DNA from: Desulfurococcales archaeon | Lineage (GTDB): Archaea; Thermoproteota; Thermoprotei_A; Sulfolobales; NBVN01 | Reading direction: 5' to 3' | DNA length: 64,000 nucleotides | Assembly (NCBI GenBank): GCA_027002995.1 | Contig: JALWZB010000155.1 | Location: forward strand, 26,365 to 90,364 | Shown here: positions 27,548 to 37,228 of the stretch, piece after piece | Layout of the letters: the number at the start of each line of letters is the position of its first letter | Position numbering within the stretch: position 1 is the stretch's first letter | Notes under the pieces: generated by a model | The model's database searches: none | What the model saw: only the letters and a program-made list of their open reading frames with translations | Told to the model about the DNA's origin: nothing | Program-made: the position numbers and the translations under genes

Positions 27548-27629
27548 TTCTGCGTATCACTGGACGAGCCAAATACTTTAGCAAAGCATTATTAATTCAG
27601 GGGCATTATAATCAGCTTAGGGAGAGCCA

Positions 27630-28274
27630 TTGAGAATCTTGATAATAGGGGGAGGGGGAGTAACTGAGGAATTACTGCGGGTCATTAACTTGAAACGTAA
27701 TCAGGTAATAGTTATCGAGAAAAGCCCGGAGCGGTGCTCGTCATTAAGTAGCCGATATGATGTGCTGGTAATTAATAAGGATGCGACTGACGTCTCCGTA
27801 TACACGTCCGACATCTCCATGAGCGAATTCGACGCTGTCCTCGCACTCACCGATAAGGATGAAGTCAATATCTTCGCATTAACCGTTGCTAAGCTCTACA
27901 AGATACCTTTCCGCCTAGCAAGGGTCAAGAACCCCAAGGTTGCTGAGCTAATCACGCAATTAGACCTCGGTGTGTCCATAACCTTACCCTCCGTGATAGC
28001 AGATGTTGTTAGATCTTACCTAGAGGCACTTAACGAGCCGAAAAGGCTTGCGTCATTCAAGGACTTCCACTTATTTATGTTGACTCTCTCTGAGACTGAT
28101 AAGGTCGTGAATAAGAGGATCAAAGATCTAGACCTTCCTGAGGACGTCGATATACTACTAATTTTTGATGGGACTGGCTTTAAGGTTCCTCATAAGGATG
28201 ACGTCTTGCTTAATGGGTACCAACTCTTAGTTATATCTCGCGGCAGTGATGTAGTTAAAGTTTTCAAGGGTTAG
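27630..28274 (+). CDS. trkA: TrkA K+ transport regulatory subunit (RCK N and C domains)
   Basis: 214 aa. It has the Rossmann motif ILIIGGGGVTEELL and a C-terminal TrkA-C-like domain. Confidence 0.85.
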   Translation: MRILIIGGGGVTEELLRVINLKRNQVIVIEKSPERCSSLSSRYDVLVINKDATDVSVYTSDISMSEFDAVLALTDKDEVNIFALTVAKLYKIPFRLARVKNPKVAELITQLDLGVSITLPSVIADVVRSYLEALNEPKRLASFKDFHLFMLTLSETDKVVNKRIKDLDLPEDVDILLIFDGTGFKVPHKDDVLLNGYQLLVISRGSDVVKVFKG

Positions 28275-28286
28275 GGGGTTGCTTAA

Positions 28287-29081
28287 ATGCCCGAACTATT
28301 TAACTTAACGGGCTGGGCAGCGAATTCCTCAGCGTTCGAGGAGTGGATAATATATGTCTTCATATTTATTGCGGTAGTGTTACTGATTCGCTACCTAATA
28401 TCGTGGTTCGTCTCGACACTGCGTCAGAGAGGCATAATCTCTGCCAGCACGAAATCCATGCTCATAAGGATCTTGGACCTAATAGTGATAATCGTCGTCA
28501 TACTAGGCGTTGTGGAGTCGCTGACAGCTTCGCTGACACCTTACATCGTCGTTATAGCTTTAGGTATAATGCTGTTTATCTTATTCTATTACGAGATAAG
28601 GGAATTCACAGCATTCATAACGATCCAGCTTCAGAAATACGCGCGAGGGACGTGGATAGAAGTGTATCTACCTGGCCAGATAAGGCCTATTAGGGGGAGA
28701 ATAATTGACATTGAGCCCTTCAACTCGGTCCTTGAAGACCTCTACGGGAGCAGGGTATACTTAGCTAATTCGGTGCTTGTTAATGCCCTGATAAGAGAGT
28801 ACACACCATGCGTTACGATGAGGATAAGCATAGATCAGCCTCAAAGCATAACGTTAGACGACATGCTGAGCGTTATAAAGGACGCGATAAGAGGCACCCC
28901 GTTCAGAATGGATGAAACCAGGACACCCATAAATTCCATCGGAGGGAATCGTCTAACATTTACGTTGAGGTTAATACCGCTATCAACGCCAGTGAGGTCA
29001 ACCGACCTCTATAAACTCATGCGTAGGATCAGTAACGTCCTATCCAACTATAATCCCTACATTGAAATAGTTGAGAAATAA
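28287..29081 (+). CDS. MscS-family small-conductance mechanosensitive channel
   Basis: 264 aa. Three TM helices precede a beta-domain, GTWIEVYLPGQIRPIRGRIIDIEPFNSVLEDLYGSRVYLANSVLVN, matching the MscS pattern G..V......G.V..I....T.l....g....iPNs. Confidence 0.75.
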   Translation: MPELFNLTGWAANSSAFEEWIIYVFIFIAVVLLIRYLISWFVSTLRQRGIISASTKSMLIRILDLIVIIVVILGVVESLTASLTPYIVVIALGIMLFILFYYEIREFTAFITIQLQKYARGTWIEVYLPGQIRPIRGRIIDIEPFNSVLEDLYGSRVYLANSVLVNALIREYTPCVTMRISIDQPQSITLDDMLSVIKDAIRGTPFRMDETRTPINSIGGNRLTFTLRLIPLSTPVRSTDLYKLMRRISNVLSNYNPYIEIVEK

Positions 29082-29098
29082 TTAAGCCTCCCAACACA

Positions 29099-32000
29099 TC
29101 ACCCTTCACTACCCTGACCTTTCCGGGATAGTGCCCTGCAGAACAGGTAAGCACCGTAAGTCACTTTTAAGAGGAATTCCATGTTAGATTCAGTATCGCC
29201 CTCTCTAAATTCCTGCGAGTTCTCACCGCCTCTTCGGAGGGTAGTAGGGAAGGGTACCCTCACTCCCATGACCCTAGCTATTTCCTCAATATCAATGAAG
29301 TCTTCTCCTGTGACTTCCTTGAGCTTCTCGAAGGGATTAATTACGCGTCCCTCCTTCATTAATTCGTCAAGCAACAGTGAAGCTGTTCTTCCGAAGGCAT
29401 ACTCCTCCAGTTTAGTCGTGGTGACTATTGTGGCGTTCTCATCAATAACTTTCTCCAGTATGTTTACTAGCCATTGGCGAACTGCTCTAGGTATGCCCGT
29501 CTCCTTTATTGTGGTGACGTCAATGTTCTCCCCGTCAAATACCCCAACCACGAACTCATCCTTCCCTACGGGGATCACCTCAACTGTATATATGTTGAGT
29601 TTCCTTGAAGGCCTGGGTATCCAGGTCCGCATCCCTTTCATGAGGGCCGGTTCTACCCCGCTTATTCTACGTATCAGGGAGGCACAGAGCCTTACAACAT
29701 CATGCCATTCTAGAGAATTAGTTAGTAGGTAGTCCCTAGCTGTTGGGTCGAGCATCCCTATTAGTGGTATCCATATTTCTGGAGGTTTAATGTGACTTAG
29801 CTCGTTAATAAGGTGCTGCCAGTCTATGATGTTGAGTACTCCTGAGGACTCCGGTTCCCACATTGCTACGGTGGGTACTCCAGCAACTGGCTTGAATACG
29901 GCAATGCGTAACTCGCGGAACGATATTCTGTATTTGGGGTGGATCCTTAAGACTAGCCTTAGTGCGGCTGCGGCTAGTTTTAACTTATCGATGTCAGTGT
30001 CGGGATCCAGTTGCTTCACAATACCATACGTTAAGTCGGTGTAGTTTCCTGTCACGTCAGAATTTATTTCTAGGGTGGCTTTCTCGAATAGCTGCAGTAT
30101 GGTTTTCCCGGCCTTAACCACTCTGTACCTGCTCCGTGACTCGATGGTCCAGAGAACCCTGAGCGGTATTTCCCTCAGTATTCCGAAACCTTCGCTTGGG
30201 ATGCGAAGCGCGACCTCAACGTAGGAGGTTAACCTGCCTGTGAGGATATCCGTACGTAGATCCGGCCTCTCACCCCACTTAGCCTTTACAGACTCGTAGT
30301 GTGGTAGAATTTCAGAAAGCCAGGGTGGTGGGTTGCGTAAGGCACTGTCTATGGGTTCCTCTACGATACGATCGAAGCCAGACTTCACCACGAATGAGTT
30401 CTCGGAATGATCTATCATACCTATCTGGTATCTTTCGACTAGGTCTCTACGCGACGACTGCTCCAGCTCCACATGCTCGCTATCCTTTCTTATGTACCTT
30501 CGGATGCCGTAAGGTGGGCCGAACTCATAGAAGTTCAAGTATCTCCATATCTTAACAGTTTCTTCGTTGGGGTAGGGTTTGCCACTAACCCAGTTGAGTA
30601 GTTTTAACTCGTTAAGTAACTCGATGTCATCGTGATCTAAGCTAATATCAGAGAAGAGCTTGTAGAGTGAGATGAATAACTTAGCGTACTTGTTCCCATT
30701 GATTACGTAGACCTTCTCCAGCGACAGGTCTTCAAAGGATCGAATACCATCCTTACCTAGCGCTAGGATCTCTCGATCCCACGGACTCATAGGTATTATG
30801 ACTGTTTCAGTCTCGCCGATCTCCCTACGTCTTCCCTTCCTTCCCTCCCTTTGCCAGTATTCTCGGGTTTCTACAGGTAATCCGTAGTGGACTATCCGCC
30901 CTATTGTTGGGAGGTCAATTCCCTGCAGTAATGTCCTTACTGTTACAATGACCTTAACTTTAGGTGGTGTATGCGCCGCGCTCTTCTCTATCTTGGCTCT
31001 GACGTCCTTTGGGACTAGGTGATGGTGAGGTTGAATTAGGGGCTGTAAATTGGGAGGGAGTAGTGACCTTACCCGCTTCACTAGTTTATCAACTACGCGG
31101 ATGCTTGGGGCGAAGACAACCGTGACTACGTCGTCTCGTAGGTACTCACTCAGTACTTCTGCTGGGTCAAAGTACGGTACGCTTACGTTAATGCCGTAAC
31201 GGCGGGCCTCCTTAACTAAGACGTGCGCGTTTCTGTGGAAAAGCTCCGGGTTCTCAAGCCATTCACGGTATCGCTTAAAGAAGTACGTGCCTCTAGTTAG
31301 TCTCAGCAATTTCTTCCTTAGCTTCTCGAGGTCCTTACCTAGAATTACGTACACGCAGTTCCTTAGCTTGAAGGGTCTCCCGTGAATTATCTTTGTTGTC
31401 CTACCCGTGATCTTCTCCAGTATACCTGCGAATTCCTCGGGGTTTCCGAGCGTGGCCGTTAGGACAACTACCTGAGGGGAGACTTTACTTGTGCGTAGGA
31501 ACTTAGTGATGACTTCAATCATCGCTACTATCAATGACGCGCCATGTGATCCGTAGAAGTCTAACTCGTCAACGACTATGATGTCAGCAACACCCACGAA
31601 CTCAGCAAGCACTGATGACTGCGGATTCACTGCCGCTCTCTTCAAATCATTCATCAGGAATGCCGGGTTAGTTATCACTATTGATGCTGCCCTAATGCGC
31701 CTCCTGATATTGTCTCTGCCTAAATGCTTACACTCCGGGGCGTCAACGATAACGACGCGATGTGATGCATTAATGGCGCCATAGTATTCCTTAATCCTCA
31801 ATATCTGATCCCGTGATAACGCCAACGTTGGATAGATAGCGAGCACCCTTTTCCCCGCTGTTAACGCATGCATTACCCATGCCTCAGTTTTCCCAGAGCC
31901 CGTACCGGATATAAGGACCACGTTTTTACCTTCCTCAAGAACCCTCAACGCCTCTAGTTGATGTGCGTAAAGACTTTGATTAGATAGGGATCTACACCTT

Positions 32001-32149
32001 GGCCCGCCGTCGCGGAGTTCCGGTAAGATGTCGGAGAACCTTACCTCAGTTCTCTCGGGTTCCGAACCTTCCTCACAGTATGTCTCCACATTCAAACCAT
32101 GTTTCTCTGCTATGCTTTTCGTTAAGATTCTCAACGTAATTCCGATCAC
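29099..32149 (-). CDS. Large SF2 DEAD/DEAH-box helicase (YprA/MrfA/Hrq1-like core) with unassigned ~450-aa C-terminal region
   Basis: 1016 aa. The core includes LYAHQLEAL..GKNVVLISGTGSGKTEAW (motif I), AIYPTLALSRDQ, DELDFYG (motif II), TATLGN (motif III) and QREGRKGRR (motif VI). Confidence 0.8.
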   Translation of the reverse strand: MIGITLRILTKSIAEKHGLNVETYCEEGSEPERTEVRFSDILPELRDGGPRCRSLSNQSLYAHQLEALRVLEEGKNVVLISGTGSGKTEAWVMHALTAGKRVLAIYPTLALSRDQILRIKEYYGAINASHRVVIVDAPECKHLGRDNIRRRIRAASIVITNPAFLMNDLKRAAVNPQSSVLAEFVGVADIIVVDELDFYGSHGASLIVAMIEVITKFLRTSKVSPQVVVLTATLGNPEEFAGILEKITGRTTKIIHGRPFKLRNCVYVILGKDLEKLRKKLLRLTRGTYFFKRYREWLENPELFHRNAHVLVKEARRYGINVSVPYFDPAEVLSEYLRDDVVTVVFAPSIRVVDKLVKRVRSLLPPNLQPLIQPHHHLVPKDVRAKIEKSAAHTPPKVKVIVTVRTLLQGIDLPTIGRIVHYGLPVETREYWQREGRKGRRREIGETETVIIPMSPWDREILALGKDGIRSFEDLSLEKVYVINGNKYAKLFISLYKLFSDISLDHDDIELLNELKLLNWVSGKPYPNEETVKIWRYLNFYEFGPPYGIRRYIRKDSEHVELEQSSRRDLVERYQIGMIDHSENSFVVKSGFDRIVEEPIDSALRNPPPWLSEILPHYESVKAKWGERPDLRTDILTGRLTSYVEVALRIPSEGFGILREIPLRVLWTIESRSRYRVVKAGKTILQLFEKATLEINSDVTGNYTDLTYGIVKQLDPDTDIDKLKLAAAALRLVLRIHPKYRISFRELRIAVFKPVAGVPTVAMWEPESSGVLNIIDWQHLINELSHIKPPEIWIPLIGMLDPTARDYLLTNSLEWHDVVRLCASLIRRISGVEPALMKGMRTWIPRPSRKLNIYTVEVIPVGKDEFVVGVFDGENIDVTTIKETGIPRAVRQWLVNILEKVIDENATIVTTTKLEEYAFGRTASLLLDELMKEGRVINPFEKLKEVTGEDFIDIEEIARVMGVRVPFPTTLRRGGENSQEFREGDTESNMEFLLKVTYGAYLFCRALSRKGQGSEG

Positions 32150-32326
32150 ATTACTGAACCCAGCGATTTTAAGTTATGGTGGGTTCAAGGGCGCAATCTA
32201 GTAACTAGCCTTATTTACTACGTGATGTGGAAACTCCCCTAATCTAGAAATAGAAGTTATTTACTAAGGGTATTTCCGTAAACATTTTTAACTAAAAGCA
32301 AGTTATTAATAATAAGAAAAATTCAG

Positions 32327-34708
32327 GTGAAAATTTTGAAGGCCTATAAGTATGTAGGGAAGCCCATCCCCCGACAAGACGTATCTAAAGTATTTGGTGA
32401 CGCGATTTACGCCTATGACGTAAAGCTGCCGGGCATGCTATACGCTAAGCTTGTAGGGTCGACGTACGCGCATGCAAGGATAAAGAGAATAGACTACTCG
32501 AAGGCACTGAAAGTACCGGGAGTAATTAAGGTCTTCACAGGAGAGGACTTCCCATTCAAGGTAGGCATTTATGCGGCGGACAGGGACGTCCTAGCACGTG
32601 GGAAAGTGCTTTACTACGGACACCCTGTTGCTGGCGTCGTTGCTGAAACGCCTGAAGCTGCGGAGGAAGCTGCAGAACTTATTGAGGTTGAGTATGAACC
32701 CTTAGAGCCCGTCCTTACGATAGAGGATGCGCTACGTCCTGATGCACCCTTGATCCACGAGCACATGGAGGAGTATAGGCATGCATCCTTCATATACCCA
32801 AGGCCGGGAACTAACATCGCTAACTACCTGAAGCTACGCAAGGGCGACATCAAGAAGGGATTTGAGGAAGCGGATGTCGTGGTTGAGAGTGAGTACAGAG
32901 AGCCCCTAATAAGTCATGCCTACATGGAGAACTGGGTAGGGATTGCCCGAGTACTAAGTGACGGTACTGTGGAGGTGTGGTCATCACATCAATCACCCTT
33001 CGCGGTGCGGCATCTCCTCGCCGCGTCCCTAGGTCTACCTATTGGCAAGGTCGTAGTGCATCATACTTTCGTCGGTGGAGGTTTTGGCGGTAAAGCAGGC
33101 CTTCTGCTCGAACACATCCCAGTGCTCTTCTCCATGAAGCTTGGTGGCAGGCCTGTGAGGCTGGAGTTGAACAGAGAAGAGAACTTCCTCTTCATGGCAC
33201 AGAGGGCCGGATACTTATTCAAGATGAAGACCGGTGCCACGAAGGACGGTAGGCTCGTAGCACACTATGGTGAGTATTATTTAGATGCCGGCGCATACGC
33301 CGACTATACAGTCAACATAGGTAGGTCCGTGGGCTTCGTCCCCACAGGGCCTTACGAGGTTCCAAATATTCATGTCGACTCAATAACTGTGTACACCAAT
33401 AAAGTGCCAACGACAGCGTTCCGTGGGTTCGGGATGCAGGAAATGCACTTTGCTTTCGAGCAACAGATAGATCAACTCGCTGAGAAGCTCGGCATGGATC
33501 CGCTAGAGCTCAGACTTAAGAACGCGATAGTCCCTGGCAAGTCATACTTACCGACCCAAGTACGTGTCAGGGAAGACGCTGGAGATCCGGCAGGCACGAT
33601 GAAACGTGCTGCGGAACTCATAGGCTGGGGGAAGAAGCCAGAAAAACCTGATGAGCCTTGGAAGTTCCGCGGGATAGGGATAGCGTCTTTCTGGAAAGGG
33701 CCGGTGCAACCATCTAATGCTGCGTCATCAGCCATAGTTAAGGTTAATGAGGATGGTTCCGTCGACGTCCTAGTAGGTACTGGTGAGATGGGTCAAGGCA
33801 CTATTTACGCATTAGCTCAAATAGTTGCAGAGGAACTGGGGATACCGGTAGAGAAGGTTAGGGTCGCCCCAATAAGGTCAACGGACTCAGTCGCCTATAC
33901 GTGGCAGACCGTGGGATCACGAGGTTTATTCTCAGAGGGTCAAGCACTAATGCGTGCACTCGATGACCTTAAGAACCAAATGAGGGAGATCGCGGCCAGG
34001 GTATTCAACGTGTTTAAGGACGAGATTGAGATCAAGGACGGGAAGGCATGCGTTAAGGGCAAGCCATGGGAGTGCATATCATTAGCTGAGATGGCGCTAG
34101 GTTACACACTACCCAACGGTAACGCCATTCACGGCCCGCTGATAGGGCGCGGTTCTCACGTGCCTTCCCAGACAACATACCTTGACCCAGAAACCGGGAG
34201 GGGTGAGCCGAAGCCCTTCATGACTTTCGGCACGGGCGCCGTGGAGGTTGAGGTAGACCTGCTGAACATGCGTGTCAGAGTGCTTAAGGCGGTCACCGTG
34301 CTTGACACCCCAGTAATTAATCCGGGACTCGCCCTCGGACAGGCATATGGTGGTGCTGTGATGGGCATAAGCATAGCGCTCAACGAGGAACTGAAGCTCA
34401 CTAAGGACGGTCGCCTACTGAACCCGAACTTCACGGACTACAAGGTAGCTAGGGCAGGTGACATTCCCGTGGAGATGGTTGCGGAGTTCCTAGGTGTTGG
34501 GCAGAAGAACGCCCCATACGGAGCCAAGGGAGTGGGTGAGCTAACGATGCTTGCGTGGCCCGCAGCGATAGCTAACGCCATATACAACGCGATCGGTGTG
34601 AGAATCAGGAAGCTCCCGATAACGCCTGACAACCTACTGGAGGCCATTAAGGAGCAGAGACCGGAGCTACTCAAAGAACTTGATAAGTACCTCCTAGGGG
34701 GTGAGTGA
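32327..34708 (+). CDS. Molybdopterin-binding large subunit of a xanthine dehydrogenase/aldehyde oxidoreductase-family enzyme (CoxL/CutA-type)
   Basis: 793 aa. It has TTAFRGFGMQE, GGGFGGK and GEMGQG motifs. The form-I CO dehydrogenase signature (VAYRCSFR) is absent, so an aldehyde oxidoreductase-type role is more likely than CODH. Confidence 0.85.
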   Translation: MKILKAYKYVGKPIPRQDVSKVFGDAIYAYDVKLPGMLYAKLVGSTYAHARIKRIDYSKALKVPGVIKVFTGEDFPFKVGIYAADRDVLARGKVLYYGHPVAGVVAETPEAAEEAAELIEVEYEPLEPVLTIEDALRPDAPLIHEHMEEYRHASFIYPRPGTNIANYLKLRKGDIKKGFEEADVVVESEYREPLISHAYMENWVGIARVLSDGTVEVWSSHQSPFAVRHLLAASLGLPIGKVVVHHTFVGGGFGGKAGLLLEHIPVLFSMKLGGRPVRLELNREENFLFMAQRAGYLFKMKTGATKDGRLVAHYGEYYLDAGAYADYTVNIGRSVGFVPTGPYEVPNIHVDSITVYTNKVPTTAFRGFGMQEMHFAFEQQIDQLAEKLGMDPLELRLKNAIVPGKSYLPTQVRVREDAGDPAGTMKRAAELIGWGKKPEKPDEPWKFRGIGIASFWKGPVQPSNAASSAIVKVNEDGSVDVLVGTGEMGQGTIYALAQIVAEELGIPVEKVRVAPIRSTDSVAYTWQTVGSRGLFSEGQALMRALDDLKNQMREIAARVFNVFKDEIEIKDGKACVKGKPWECISLAEMALGYTLPNGNAIHGPLIGRGSHVPSQTTYLDPETGRGEPKPFMTFGTGAVEVEVDLLNMRVRVLKAVTVLDTPVINPGLALGQAYGGAVMGISIALNEELKLTKDGRLLNPNFTDYKVARAGDIPVEMVAEFLGVGQKNAPYGAKGVGELTMLAWPAAIANAIYNAIGVRIRKLPITPDNLLEAIKEQRPELLKELDKYLLGGE

Positions 34709-34711
34709 GCT

Positions 34712-35602
34712 ATGAGAACCGTACTCGCTTTCCGCACGATCCTCCCAACATTCATGTACCACAGACCATCATCGCTCGCTGAGCTACTGGAACTTAAAGC
34801 CAAGTTAGGGAAGGATGCCGCAATACTTGCTGGCGGGACAGACCTGCTCGTTGACATGAAGATGGGTGTTAAGAGACCTCCCCACGTGATAGACATCAAA
34901 AGCATCAAGGAACTACACGTACTTGAGTATAAGGAAGGCTCAGGACTAATAATCGGCCCGACAGTAACGCTCAGAGAGCTCGAAACAAATAGCCTTCTAA
35001 AGGAGAAGTACCCCGTGCTATGGGACGCAGTGCGTAAAATCGCTGATATCGCCTTAAGGGAGCGGGCAACGCTTGCAGGCAACATCGCTAACGCGTCACC
35101 AGCCGCAGACTCAGCACCAGCCCTGCTGGTCTACGACGCGAAAGTAGAGCTAACATCAGTTGACGGAAGTAGGTTAGTACCTTTAAGGGAGTTCTTCACG
35201 GGAGTTAAGAAGACCGTGATGAAGGAGAATGAAGTCATAACGAAGATAATAGTTCCTGAGCCTCCCGCAGGGGCTAAGGGAGAGTACTTCAAGGCCGTTA
35301 GGTCGGCCGAGGACCTAGCGTTGGTGGGCATAGCTGCACTCGTGGCTAACCCGAATAACCCCGCTGAACGTGTGGTTAGGCTAGCCTATGCTTCAGTGGC
35401 ACCAACACCGGTCTATGTGAGGGAAGTTGAGGAGCTATTCAAGAAGGATGAACCACTTAACAAGCTAATTAAGGAGGCCGTGAACATCGTGCTAAGTAAG
35501 GTCAGCCCAATAAGTGACGTAAGGGCCACGAGGGAGTACAGACTCCACCTCGTGAAGTACGTGACGGCATACTTGCTCAGGAAGTTGTTGGGGGTGAAGT
35601 AA
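34712..35602 (+). CDS. FAD-binding medium subunit (CoxM/CutB-type)
   Basis: 296 aa. It has AILAGGTDLLVDMK and ATLAGNIANASPAAD, the FAD_binding_5/CO_deh_flav_C pattern. Confidence 0.85.
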   Translation: MRTVLAFRTILPTFMYHRPSSLAELLELKAKLGKDAAILAGGTDLLVDMKMGVKRPPHVIDIKSIKELHVLEYKEGSGLIIGPTVTLRELETNSLLKEKYPVLWDAVRKIADIALRERATLAGNIANASPAADSAPALLVYDAKVELTSVDGSRLVPLREFFTGVKKTVMKENEVITKIIVPEPPAGAKGEYFKAVRSAEDLALVGIAALVANPNNPAERVVRLAYASVAPTPVYVREVEELFKKDEPLNKLIKEAVNIVLSKVSPISDVRATREYRLHLVKYVTAYLLRKLLGVK

Positions 35603-35604
35603 AG

Positions 35605-36084
35605 ATGGCTGAAACCATAACAATTAGGCTCAAGGTAAATGGTGTTGAGAAGGAGGTTACCGTTAAGCCTAATGAGAGGTTACTTGACGTCCTAAGGGAG
35701 AAGTTCTACATAAACAGCGTTAAGGCAGGATGTTTGAGAGGAGAATGCGGTATCTGCACCGTAATAATGAACGGGAAACTCGTTAAGTCATGCCTAGTCC
35801 TGGCCCCAGAGGCTGACGGTGCTGAGATCCTCACTGTGGAGGGCTTATCAAGACCCGGTAAGCCCTCAGTGGTGCAGAGGGCGTTCATAGAGAAATTCGG
35901 ATTTCAGTGCGGGTTCTGTACCCCAGCATTCATAATGGCTGCGTACTGGATCGTTGAGAACATGCCAGATGCTTCCGAGAAGGAGATCAAAGAAATACTT
36001 AACAGCGTGATTTGCAGGTGCACCGGTTATAAGCAAATAATAGAAGCTATAAAGTATGCCATAGAGCTTAAGAAGCAGGCATGA
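35605..36084 (+). CDS. [2Fe-2S] small subunit (CoxS/CutC-type)
   Basis: 159 aa. The first cluster is CLRGECGICTV..C and the second is CGFCTP..CRCTGY. Confidence 0.9.
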   Translation: MAETITIRLKVNGVEKEVTVKPNERLLDVLREKFYINSVKAGCLRGECGICTVIMNGKLVKSCLVLAPEADGAEILTVEGLSRPGKPSVVQRAFIEKFGFQCGFCTPAFIMAAYWIVENMPDASEKEIKEILNSVICRCTGYKQIIEAIKYAIELKKQA

Positions 36085-36129
36085 GTTACTTTTTAATTTT
36101 CTGTATCGAAGCACAACTAGTTACTTAAA

Positions 36130-37194
36130 TTACTTAGCTTTCCACACGTATTTTTTACTAATCACGTAGTTCAGTATGAACCCCGCGATTATGCCCAATA
36201 GTTGCGCTAGGATCGAGTTATGCACTATGAATTCGTACGTCCCTATCGAGACGCCCACCTGTGTTAGGATGCCAGCCGCGCTTGATCCATGGAACTTCAC
36301 CAGACGTGACACCCAACTACCTTTCCTCGCGGTTTTAAAGGTCCAGAGGTCGTTTAGCGTGAAGTTATTCAGTACTGAGACCTCAATCGCTATGGGGGCA
36401 GCGATCACGTGCGGTATGCCTAGTAAGTACCTCTCCAAATACAGGACAGCTAGGTTCACTATAGTCCCTATACCACCAACAATGGCAAACTTCAGGTATG
36501 AAGGGGAGAGGGTCAGTACGTGGATAACGTAGTTGATTATTTCCTTCATACCCAGCTTGGATTGACCCTTGAAGCGTTGACCGAACTTAAATGGGACCTC
36601 ACAGACGCTTCTGTAGCGCCCCTTGACTAGGATCTCCAGCAATATTTTGAAGCCCTTAGGATCTAGCCCCTCGGATCCTTCCAGTACCTCGCGCTTAAAT
36701 AGGAAGAAACCAGACATTGGGTCCTTTACGTTCCGGCTTTGGGGTAGGAGTATACGAGCTATTAATGTTGCACCCTTAGATATTAGTTTTCGTAGTACCG
36801 ACCATTCCCCTACCGATCCCCCCTTAACGTACCTGGACGCTATTACGATGTCGCATCCATTCGCAGCAGTCCTCACTAACTTCGGGATAACCTCCGGCGG
36901 GTGCTGGAGGTCTGCATCCATAACAACTACTAAATCACCCTCAGCCACCTTGAATCCGTCGAGAACCGCGGAGGAGAGACCTAATTTACCGGGCCTCCTC
37001 ACTACCTTTATGGGATATTTGAAGCTTAGGCTCTCTGCAACGTCAGCCGTCCCGTCAGGTGAGTTATCATCGACTATTATTACCTCATACTTCAGACCTT
37101 CCTTCCTTAACGAGGCATCGATACGCTTGACCAGTTCCTCAATGTTTTCTCTTTCATTGTAGGTGGGCACTATTATGCTTATCAGCCACATCAC
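36130..37194 (-). CDS. GT2 dolichyl-phosphate mannosyl/glucosyl-transferase (Dpm1-like) fused to GtrA-like membrane domain
   Basis: 354 aa. It has IIVPTYNERENI, IIVDDNSPDGT and VVMDADLQHPP, plus a C-terminal 4-TM GtrA-like region. Confidence 0.8.
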   Translation of the reverse strand: MMWLISIIVPTYNERENIEELVKRIDASLRKEGLKYEVIIVDDNSPDGTADVAESLSFKYPIKVVRRPGKLGLSSAVLDGFKVAEGDLVVVMDADLQHPPEVIPKLVRTAANGCDIVIASRYVKGGSVGEWSVLRKLISKGATLIARILLPQSRNVKDPMSGFFLFKREVLEGSEGLDPKGFKILLEILVKGRYRSVCEVPFKFGQRFKGQSKLGMKEIINYVIHVLTLSPSYLKFAIVGGIGTIVNLAVLYLERYLLGIPHVIAAPIAIEVSVLNNFTLNDLWTFKTARKGSWVSRLVKFHGSSAAGILTQVGVSIGTYEFIVHNSILAQLLGIIAGFILNYVISKKYVWKAK

Positions 37195-37228
37195 CCCAAG
37201 CCCACTGTCAGGTCACGTTAACTACTCC

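Noticed and set aside
28343-28693. A 116-aa plus-strand ORF in an alternative frame inside the MscS gene.
   Set aside because: It is an overlapping same-strand frame with an Arg/His-rich, non-protein-like translation, and the MscS frame has clear family motifs.
31505-31553. A plus-strand GUGAUGA, 12 nt, CUAC, UAU, CAAUGAC, 12 nt string, antisense to the 1016-aa helicase gene.
   Set aside because: No CUGA D box follows at the required position (CCGU instead). It lies inside a CDS.
34438-35085. A 215-aa minus-strand ORF, and many similar antisense ORFs in the track (for example 5517..5996, 7878..8375, 9948..10439, 24564..25070, 29181..29732, 36623..37162, 43678..44070 and 52421..52888).
   Set aside because: Each lies fully inside a strongly supported gene on the opposite strand and translates to Ser/Thr/Leu/Pro-rich low-complexity sequence. 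These are typical shadow ORFs.
32327-36084. Possible aerobic carbon monoxide dehydrogenase (CoxLMS).
   Set aside because: The large subunit lacks the form-I CODH active-site signature (VAYRCSFR) and instead shows AFRGFG-type sequence. I called it a generic xanthine dehydrogenase/aldehyde oxidoreductase-family enzyme.
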